DNA from: Chitinophaga pinensis
GTDB taxonomy: Bacteria > Bacteroidota > Bacteroidia > SXHM01
Length of the DNA: 51,488 nt
Reading direction: 5' to 3'
Assembly: GCA_945861685.1 (NCBI GenBank)
Contig: CAMAVO010000002.1
Span: 1 to 51,488, forward strand
Shown piece after piece: positions 44,540 through 51,488 of the stretch (within the stretch, counting starts at the first letter, position 1; every line of letters begins with the position of its first letter). The notes under the pieces were generated by a model. That model searched no databases, was not told the origin of the DNA, and saw only the letters and a list, made by a program, of their open reading frames with translations. Position numbers and translations under genes: made by a program.

Positions 44540-45762
44540 TCGTCTTTCACTAAAATATTCTTGGTAATCTTCATCGGAACGCTGATGTATTTGCCTTCCA
44601 TGTAGTCGAGAATTTTTTTCAGCACTTCTTTTGACTTAGGGTCTAACTTCTCCACTTCTTTGCTGAATACTTTTTCGGTGGCGTTCTCGCGTATTTCTTT
44701 CAGCAAACCGGGCAGTGTTTTCATGGCTATTTCCACTTCGCGCTCGCGCATCGTCTTCTTAAATGCAGTTAGCGCAGAGTCAATAATTTCTTTACAACGC
44801 TCTAATTCTTTTTGACGGTGTTCTAAGTTTTCGCGGGCTATTGTTTTCAGGCTTTCGATGCCGATATAATCTACATTCTTTAAAGCTGCAACAGCTGCAT
44901 CTACATCAGCAGGAATAGCAAGGTCAACAATTATTTTTTTGCCCTTCTCACCGGCAATAAGAGTTGAGAACAGTTTGTTGTCAACAATAGTTTCGGCTGA
45001 GGCGGTGCAGGAAATAAGCACATCAAAACCTATTTTATGTTTTTTTAAATTTTCCAACGAATGTGCTTTACCCTTAAATTGTTCGGCAAGTTTTTCTGCG
45101 TTTTCTAAGCTTCGGTTAAAGACATGAACACTACTCCAATTTTCCTTTTTCAGGTATTGCGCAATGGAGGTATTGGTTTCTCCGGCACCAATAAATAACA
45201 ATCTTGAATTTTTCTTTACTCCTGCTTCCTGCAATTTGCGGTAAGCCAGTGAAACTACAGAAACAGGTCGTTGTGCAATCTGTGTATCTGAATATATTTT
45301 CTTGGCTGTTTCAATGGTTGTCTTCACCAGAAGACGAATAAAATCGCCCGACAAATTCAGTTGACTGCAAACCTCATAAGCCTTACGAACCTGCGTAATA
45401 ATCTCACGTTCGCCCACAACTAAGGAATCAATAGATGAAGCCACATAGAGCAAATGCTTCACGGCATCTTCACCTTCATAGATCTTTACTTTTTCTTCAG
45501 CGAAATGAATTTCTTTTTTAGTCCACGCAGGATTAAAATGTTTGAAGAAATCGTGCAGCCAGGCAGGTGATGGTTTCTCGTGCGACATCATCATTAACTC
45601 AACACGGTTGCAGGTGCTTAGGTATAAGAGTTCTGAAATGCCCGATTTCTTTTTCAGAGGAAGCAAACGCTTTTCCAGTTGCCCGTCTTCAATATGAAAA
45701 CGACCAATCTCACGGATGTCAATGGTCTTGTGTGTGAATGCGAGTATGCGAAAATTTTTCAA
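44536..45762 (-). CDS. hemA: glutamyl-tRNA reductase
   Basis: LSTCNRVE active-site motif and GAGETN NADPH-binding motif. There is no ATG near the N-terminus. TTG at 45762 gives MKNFRILAFTHK, and an alternative TTG lies at 45801. It overlaps hemC by 4 nt. Confidence 0.88.
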   Translation of the reverse strand: MKNFRILAFTHKTIDIREIGRFHIEDGQLEKRLLPLKKKSGISELLYLSTCNRVELMMMSHEKPSPAWLHDFFKHFNPAWTKKEIHFAEEKVKIYEGEDAVKHLLYVASSIDSLVVGEREIITQVRKAYEVCSQLNLSGDFIRLLVKTTIETAKKIYSDTQIAQRPVSVVSLAYRKLQEAGVKKNSRLLFIGAGETNTSIAQYLKKENWSSVHVFNRSLENAEKLAEQFKGKAHSLENLKKHKIGFDVLISCTASAETIVDNKLFSTLIAGEKGKKIIVDLAIPADVDAAVAALKNVDYIGIESLKTIARENLEHRQKELERCKEIIDSALTAFKKTMREREVEIAMKTLPGLLKEIRENATEKVFSKEVEKLDPKSKEVLKKILDYMEGKYISVPMKITKNILVKDE

Positions 45763-45854
45763 AGCCTGTTTTTCAAAAGCCCCGCAAAAGTAGTATTGCA
45801 AGGGGTTTAATTGTCATAAAATTGTATCTCTTTTAGTAGCTTGCACGCTCAATC

Positions 45855-47789
45855 ATGTCGCAGCAGCAATTCAAGTTAAGTCCTTATTTCCCTTTTCTTT
45901 ATTTCTCTCTGCTGGCGTTTATACTTTTTGCCGGCAATACGCACAGCCTTACCGACCAGGACGAAGCAGCATACGCAGGTTTTGCAAAGCAGATGATTGA
46001 ATCGGGTAATTGGGTAACACCCGACTTCATGTGGAGTGAGGTGCATCGCAAGCCACCTCTGCATTTCTGGAACATAGCCCTCAGCTATAAGGTGTTTGGA
46101 GTAAATGAATTTGCAGTGCGCTTTCCGTCTGCGCTATTTGTGTTGCTTACTTGTCTGTTGGTGTTTTTTGCAGGAAAGAAAATTGTGGGTGAGCGGTTTG
46201 CCTTGCTTTGGGTAATTGCATTGAGCACCTCGCTATTGGTTCCTGTACTTGGTAAAATTTCGGTTACCGATTCAACGCTGTTATTCTTTACAACCGCCTG
46301 CGCGTTCTCGTTTTACTTTGTTCTTCAGCAAAGAGCGTGGAAGTGGGTGTTGATGTTCTGGGTTTCGTTTGCGTTGGCTTTGCTAACCAAGGGGCCGCCT
46401 GTTGTTTTGTTTGCGTTGGGCTTAAGTGGTTTACTGTTGGTGTTGCATCCCAACCGCAGAAACCTGATTCTGTTTCATCCCTGGTTCTTTCTGCCTTTGG
46501 CTTTTCTGCCTTTGCTTGCATGGGGATACGCTACCATGAAATACGATGACGGAAAATTTGTAGTCTGGATGATTGACTGGTACATTCTGAAACGTGTTGG
46601 CGGAAGCGTGTTCGGTCAATCCGGTTTTCCGGGTATGCACCTGCTAATGATTATTCTGTTTTTTATTCCCTGGCTACTTTTTTTGCCGCAGGCTTTTAAG
46701 GCAATGTTGCCGCAATTTTTTAAAGACAAAAAAGAAGGCTTGTTTTTCTCTGCATGGTTTGTAGCGGGCTGGTTTATTTTTGAATTATCGCCCAGTAAGT
46801 TGCCGGCTTATGTGGTGGCGGCACATGTACCGTTGGCATTTTTTATTGCGTGCGTTGCAAGTGAGCAAAAACTGCCTGCAAAGTTTTGGCTGATTATTCA
46901 TTACCTGTTTGCCTTTGTTTTGTTTGCAGCAATTGTTGCTGTTCCGTTTATAATGAATGTGTCGGCAGCCACTAAAGTTCTCTTTGTTTCTGTTGGTGTT
47001 GTGTTGTTAGCTGCAAGCATCGTTTCGCTTTTTGTGCTGCGCACCAAATGGTTTTTGCCTGCGCTGACAAGTGTTGCCGTGTTGCTGGAAATAGGCTTGT
47101 GGCAGGTTTTGATTCCTGCAACGGATGATTATAAAAACATCACGAAACAAGTAGCTGATTACGCCATAGAACATGCTGATAAAACAAGCAGCGTAGTAAT
47201 AGCCAACGGACAAAACAAGCCGCCAAGCCTGCCTTTTTATCTGAGCCTCAACTTTAATAAGGTGCAAGAAGAGTATGATTTTTCGGTATTGCTTAAAACC
47301 TGGTATTCCGATTCTGCCTGTGTGCTTATTCTTAATGAAAAACAGCGCGGATTGTTTGCACAAACTGTTCCTGTTGTTGTGGTTAAAAAAGTGGAAGCAA
47401 TACAAGAGATGAAGCAAGCCTTCTCTGATTATTACATCCTTATAAAACCCGAAACAGCAAAAGCTAATCCTTTGCCTTTGCCTGAATGGTTAAAACAACC
47501 TTTAACTCAGCAGCAGTATGAAGAGGGTATAAAAAACAATCCCCAATGGATGCATGACCTGACCGTAAAAGCCAAAGAACGCAACCTGAGGATAGAAGAA
47601 ATGATTAGAGGAGATGCCAAGTGGTTAGCAGAAAACGACCTGCGCAACTACAACTACCTTACCTCCATGTTGCAAACCCCGCGCTGGAAAACCGACCTTG
47701 AAACCCGGGCTGCCGCCAAGGGGAAAAGCCTTGACGTGTTTTGTAAGGAAGAAGTTGAGTTTATTTTTAAGCAGGGAAGGGTTTATTGA
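45855..47789 (+). CDS. GT39/ArnT-like phospholipid-carrier-dependent glycosyltransferase with soluble C-terminal extension
   Basis: N-terminal DEAAYAGFAKQM ... KPPLHFW motif, at least 10 TM segments, then about 200 aa of hydrophilic tail. Confidence 0.8.
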   Translation: MSQQQFKLSPYFPFLYFSLLAFILFAGNTHSLTDQDEAAYAGFAKQMIESGNWVTPDFMWSEVHRKPPLHFWNIALSYKVFGVNEFAVRFPSALFVLLTCLLVFFAGKKIVGERFALLWVIALSTSLLVPVLGKISVTDSTLLFFTTACAFSFYFVLQQRAWKWVLMFWVSFALALLTKGPPVVLFALGLSGLLLVLHPNRRNLILFHPWFFLPLAFLPLLAWGYATMKYDDGKFVVWMIDWYILKRVGGSVFGQSGFPGMHLLMIILFFIPWLLFLPQAFKAMLPQFFKDKKEGLFFSAWFVAGWFIFELSPSKLPAYVVAAHVPLAFFIACVASEQKLPAKFWLIIHYLFAFVLFAAIVAVPFIMNVSAATKVLFVSVGVVLLAASIVSLFVLRTKWFLPALTSVAVLLEIGLWQVLIPATDDYKNITKQVADYAIEHADKTSSVVIANGQNKPPSLPFYLSLNFNKVQEEYDFSVLLKTWYSDSACVLILNEKQRGLFAQTVPVVVVKKVEAIQEMKQAFSDYYILIKPETAKANPLPLPEWLKQPLTQQQYEEGIKNNPQWMHDLTVKAKERNLRIEEMIRGDAKWLAENDLRNYNYLTSMLQTPRWKTDLETRAAAKGKSLDVFCKEEVEFIFKQGRVY

Positions 47790-47792
47790 AAA

Positions 47793-47824
47793 TAAAAACG
47801 TCCCGCATTTCTGCGGGACGTTTT
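47793..47824. terminator. bidirectional rho-independent terminator between convergent genes
   Basis: 10-bp perfect stem ACGTCCCGCA/TGCGGGACGT, loop TTTC, with an A-run upstream and a T-run downstream. Confidence 0.85.
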
Positions 47825-47845
47825 TAAAATTATTTGTCTTTTTGA

Positions 47846-50800
47846 TTAATCCTTAACCAGCACCTTCACGTTTTTGGTTTGTCCCCCAACGTTTACCTGT
47901 ACAAAATAATTACCTGCTGCAATATCAGCAACAGGTATTTGCCATGCAAAGTTGTTGGCTTTGTCTTTTTCGTTTTTCAGCCATATTCTGCGGCCTGTCA
48001 TATCAATCAGTGTTACCGAAGCAGCTTCAACACTTGTTAACGTAATTACAACATTCAACTCTTCGTTGGCAGGGTTAGGGAAAACCGATATGCCCTGAAA
48101 GAAAGAATTATCTTCAATACCGTTGGAACAGATGCAACTTGTTTCAATAGTGTTGGAAGTAAACTCGCAGTTCTGGCTGCCAACAATGCAATAGAAATAA
48201 CCGCCTTCGGTAAGAATATATGTCTGGCTGGTTGCTCCCGGAACAAGAACTCCGTTATGATACCATTGATAGTTAGGCGATGTGGTTGCCGTTAATGTAT
48301 CACCGCTTTGTGATATGCTGACAGGAAAATTATATCCCGCCTGAATATTAAAGCTAAGCGTGCTGCTGCAACCGTTGCCTGCATCCGTAACCGTAACGGA
48401 ATAGGTTCCTTCACCCAATGCCGAAAGATCTTGTGTGGTAGAGTTACCGGGAGTCCATAAATAGGTTACGTTACCCGATGCTCCGGTTACAGTAAGGTCA
48501 ACGCTTCCATCTTGATAGCCTTTGCAGGTTTCGTGTTCTGCAACGCCATCAACCACCATTGTATTTTCTGAAGCAACAGTATAAGTAGTAATGAACTGGC
48601 AACCGCTGTTATCGGTAACGGTAACAGTGTAATCACCTGCTATAACTCCGCTTAGGTCTTGCGTTGTTGCTCCGCCCGGTGACCATGAATAAGTGTAGTT
48701 AGGTGATCCGCCACTTACGCTGAGATCAATCGTTCCGTTGTTGGTTTGACCGCAAGTAACCTCAGTAGTTGTTGCCGAACCTGTAAGCGAAGTGTTTTGT
48801 GGCACCAGAACTGTAGCGGTTGCGGTGCAACCTTGTCCGTCATTTACAGTTACTGAATAATTGCCTGTTGCAAGATTGCCTGCTGTTGCAGAAGTTGCAT
48901 TGCCAGGTGTCCATAAATAGGTATAACTGCCGGAACCACCCGAAGGCGTTACAGTAGCCGAACCATTGCTCTGATTACAGTTGGCATTGGTAGCCGAAGT
49001 ACTTAATGAAACAGCAGTTGAAGAACCAATGGTAACTGAACCCGAAGCCGTGCAGCCTCCTGAGCCAGTAACGGTAACGATATAATTTCCTGAAGCAAGG
49101 CTGGAAACTGAAGCGGTGGTAGCTCCCCCGGGCGACCATGCATACGTAAACGGTCCGCTTCCGGCAGTGATGTTGGTTGATGCTGTGCCGTTTGCATTGC
49201 CGCAGGTGGTGTTGGTTGAGCTGTTGGAGAGGGTAATAGCATTGGTTGATGCAACAGTTACCGTAGCTGTTGAAGAGCAACTGTTTGTTCCGTTAACGGT
49301 TACGGTGTAATCACCTGCTGCAAGGTTGCTGGCAGAAGCATTTGTTCCTCCGCTTGGTGACCAGGAGTAGGTGAAAGGTCCTGTTCCTGCAGTGATGGAA
49401 ACCGAAGCCGAACCATTGCTGTTTCCGCAGGTTGCCTGTGTTGATGAAGATGATAATGTAATACCTCCGCTTTCAGCAACGGTAACCGAAGCTGTTTCGG
49501 AGCAAGCGCCTCCCTGACTGGTAACGGTAACCGTATAGTTTCCTCCTGCAAGACTTGAAACCGAAGCAGTTGTAGCCCCTCCCGGTGACCATGAATACGT
49601 ATAAGGACCTGTTCCGGTTGGTGTAACCGATACCGAACCGTTTGCATTGCCGCAAGTGGCAGGGTTGGTAGAAGTTCCCAAAGTTAGTGAGCAGGTTTGT
49701 GAGCAACTAGACAATGACCCTGAACTGTTGATGGTAACTGTGTTTCCGACATTATCAGTCACGCGTACAGGATATCCTGCCGGAGCAGCACTGGTTGTTG
49801 CTCCGGCTCCACCAAACACTACCCAACCTGTTGTATTTGTTGCACATCCGGGAGGAAAATTGCAACCCAAAAAGCATAAGCTGCAATCTTGCGTTTGTCC
49901 TGTTGCTTCCCATGTATAAGGCCCTGTTCCTGTGTTGGCTGTCAAAGTTCCATTGCCTTCAAGGCAAATATCAAGTGCTACACAAGCGATTACCTGAATT
50001 TCAACGGCACCGCTTCCGCAACCTAGTGTATTGGTAATCGTGTGCGTTCCAACTCCTGCTGTTGCAGGATTGAATAATCCATTTCCGCTAATCCCCGGTC
50101 CGCTCCATGTTCCTGAAGTAGAAGCTACAGTTAAAGTTATTGCTGGGTCATCGGTACAAAAAGGGCCAGCTGCACAAATATTTGCATCACAACATTCCAA
50201 TGTTATAGGTGCTGCTGCCGACATAGCAAACGACTGAACATAGCCTGTACGTGAAGTAGAATTTTGGTTTCCGGTTGCACCGCAAACAATTACGTTGCCG
50301 TTAGCGCCTACAGCTACATCATAAACCGCAAAAGAAGTTGCAGAAGAAGAAAGCTGTGTAAGGTTTGCATCGTATTTATAAACTCCGTTTCCTGAGCCTA
50401 CATATACGTTTCCATTGGCATCAATATCAAGTCCATTGCATCCGGGTTGATTAAAAGTAAAGCCAAAAAGGTTAGTCGCAGTATTGAGTCCCCCAGGAAT
50501 AGTTGCTGATGTTATTACTGCTCCAGTAGTAAGTGAGCGTTTTTGAACGGTTGCTCCGTTATGGGTATAAACAAAATTGGCATTTGCTTTAATAGCTTTT
50601 ATTCCTGAGTTGCCATTGTTGGGGCGGTAGTCTTCTGATTTGTAACCAAAAGAAAAAGTGTGGTTTTTCTCAAACAGAATCGGTCCACTTGTTGGACATG
50701 CAGAAAAATTCTGGTCAATTGAACCAATAGTATCTAAAGTAAGATAATAATAACGTGCATTTTTTGATGAAGTCATTGCTCTTACTTCTTCAAAATCATT

Positions 50801-51488
50801 GATAGGAAGGCCATTTGGACGACTGACACCAACATTTTGTTGAGCCATTATGCTTCCGTTAGAAGTGCTGATGTCGAAAATAGTTCCGTTGCCCGCTGGT
50901 GGCAAACCAAATGTGGTGGTAGTTCCGCCCACTACTAATTTGGTCTGGTCGCAATTAAAAGAGATGGTCCAGTATTCATTTAAGCCACCACCACTGGCAT
51001 TCCAGGTTAAGCCACCGCTGGTATTTACTTTGCGGATGTTTGCTGATGAACCTGAAGTTACATAAGTGTTTCCCGCAAGGTCTGTTGCCATGGTGCCAAG
51101 CCAGTAGTTTGCTGTGTCGTAAGTGGTATTGTAAGTCCAGGTGGTTGCACCCGTAGTCGGGTCAAATTTGCGCAGTTGCATGGGCATATCACCGCCAATT
51201 GCATACACGTTGCCGGCACCATCTACATCTACTTCCCACATTCCGTTTGAGTTTCCGAAAGCAGGTGTTTGCACCCAAGGGTCAACTATAACGGTTTCGG
51301 TTTGATCGTAATTTCCAAGTTCAAACGAAACGGTGTTTCCGTTGCGGATAAAACGTGAAGAGATTGCGTTGTTGTTGTCTGCATAAAACGTTTGCGGTGC
51401 ATGGTCAACCATATCACCGAATTTAGTATCGATAAAAATTTCACCTGCATTAGTAAAGGTTAGTTTTTCGCTATCAGCATATTTCATC
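47846..51488 (-). CDS. very large T9SS-sorted surface protein with beta-propeller-like N-region and tandem SprB-type repeats (N-terminus may lie outside the window)
   Basis: At least 8 repeats of the form CGN-x-NGS ... TG/GSGP-x-TYSWSPGG-x-T ... GNYTVTVT, plus a T9SS type A C-terminus (ISVFPNPANEELNV ... GNYFVQV ... VKVLVKD). The ORF is open to the window edge. Confidence 0.85.
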   Translation of the reverse strand, partial: MKYADSEKLTFTNAGEIFIDTKFGDMVDHAPQTFYADNNNAISSRFIRNGNTVSFELGNYDQTETVIVDPWVQTPAFGNSNGMWEVDVDGAGNVYAIGGDMPMQLRKFDPTTGATTWTYNTTYDTANYWLGTMATDLAGNTYVTSGSSANIRKVNTSGGLTWNASGGGLNEYWTISFNCDQTKLVVGGTTTTFGLPPAGNGTIFDISTSNGSIMAQQNVGVSRPNGLPINDFEEVRAMTSSKNARYYYLTLDTIGSIDQNFSACPTSGPILFEKNHTFSFGYKSEDYRPNNGNSGIKAIKANANFVYTHNGATVQKRSLTTGAVITSATIPGGLNTATNLFGFTFNQPGCNGLDIDANGNVYVGSGNGVYKYDANLTQLSSSATSFAVYDVAVGANGNVIVCGATGNQNSTSRTGYVQSFAMSAAAPITLECCDANICAAGPFCTDDPAITLTVASTSGTWSGPGISGNGLFNPATAGVGTHTITNTLGCGSGAVEIQVIACVALDICLEGNGTLTANTGTGPYTWEATGQTQDCSLCFLGCNFPPGCATNTTGWVVFGGAGATTSAAPAGYPVRVTDNVGNTVTINSSGSLSSCSQTCSLTLGTSTNPATCGNANGSVSVTPTGTGPYTYSWSPGGATTASVSSLAGGNYTVTVTSQGGACSETASVTVAESGGITLSSSSTQATCGNSNGSASVSITAGTGPFTYSWSPSGGTNASASNLAAGDYTVTVNGTNSCSSTATVTVASTNAITLSNSSTNTTCGNANGTASTNITAGSGPFTYAWSPGGATTASVSSLASGNYIVTVTGSGGCTASGSVTIGSSTAVSLSTSATNANCNQSNGSATVTPSGGSGSYTYLWTPGNATSATAGNLATGNYSVTVNDGQGCTATATVLVPQNTSLTGSATTTEVTCGQTNNGTIDLSVSGGSPNYTYSWSPGGATTQDLSGVIAGDYTVTVTDNSGCQFITTYTVASENTMVVDGVAEHETCKGYQDGSVDLTVTGASGNVTYLWTPGNSTTQDLSALGEGTYSVTVTDAGNGCSSTLSFNIQAGYNFPVSISQSGDTLTATTSPNYQWYHNGVLVPGATSQTYILTEGGYFYCIVGSQNCEFTSNTIETSCICSNGIEDNSFFQGISVFPNPANEELNVVITLTSVEAASVTLIDMTGRRIWLKNEKDKANNFAWQIPVADIAAGNYFVQVNVGGQTKNVKVLVKD

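Noticed and set aside
48975-50237. Several 64-115-aa ORFs on both strands inside the SprB-repeat gene
   Set aside because: They lie in alternative frames of a repetitive, stop-poor coding region. The 1213-aa frame has clear domain repeats and a T9SS sorting signal.
1-51488. tRNA, rRNA, integrase, transposase or prophage structural genes that could explain the island
   Set aside because: None could be recognised in any frame or by eye-scanning for T-arm-like sequences. A proper tRNAscan/Infernal run and HMM search would be needed to exclude them formally.

Overview
This is a chromosomal window from a Bacteroidota-type genome. That assignment rests on four proteins with T9SS C-terminal sorting domains, SprB-type repeats, a TonB-dependent receptor, TAnnTTTG-like promoter boxes and several families of miniature palindromic intergenic repeats. 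I found no rRNA, tRNA, CRISPR array, integrase or transposase. Most of the window is ordinary housekeeping or envelope content: acyl-CoA dehydrogenase, RidA, ferritin, tsaB, polyprenyl synthase, an NAD-dependent epimerase, NifU, rsmA, mgtE, amidase, ribE, hemA plus a hemC-hemD fusion, a GT39 glycosyltransferase and T9SS cargo proteins. Three regions stand out. (1) Bases 13.3-18.9 kb hold a strictly phased 21-bp minisatellite and mosaics of palindromic repeats. These flank a visibly AT-rich island encoding a mini HNH nuclease, a coiled-coil LytTR protein, a DUF3883-type nuclease, a LuxR-type HTH and three unknown proteins. The island also has two structured non-coding segments, the larger being about 380 nt of stacked hairpins at 14625-15010 with alternative pairings. 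(2) Bases 6.3-8.9 kb encode a SiaB/SiaC/SiaA-like Ser/Thr partner-switch module with a tandem-duplicated kinase and no recognisable output enzyme. A third kinase paralog sits next to a REC-PAS regulator at 2.3-3.9 kb. (3) Bases 36.7-39.6 kb hold a same-strand envelope cluster: a reeler-like T9SS protein, a cytochrome-c-like lipoprotein with a non-canonical Cys motif, a YceI protein and a beta-barrel protein. All protein calls come from reading motifs in the supplied translations. No database search was run, family names are recollection-based, and GC statements are by-eye counts of a few 60-nt lines.
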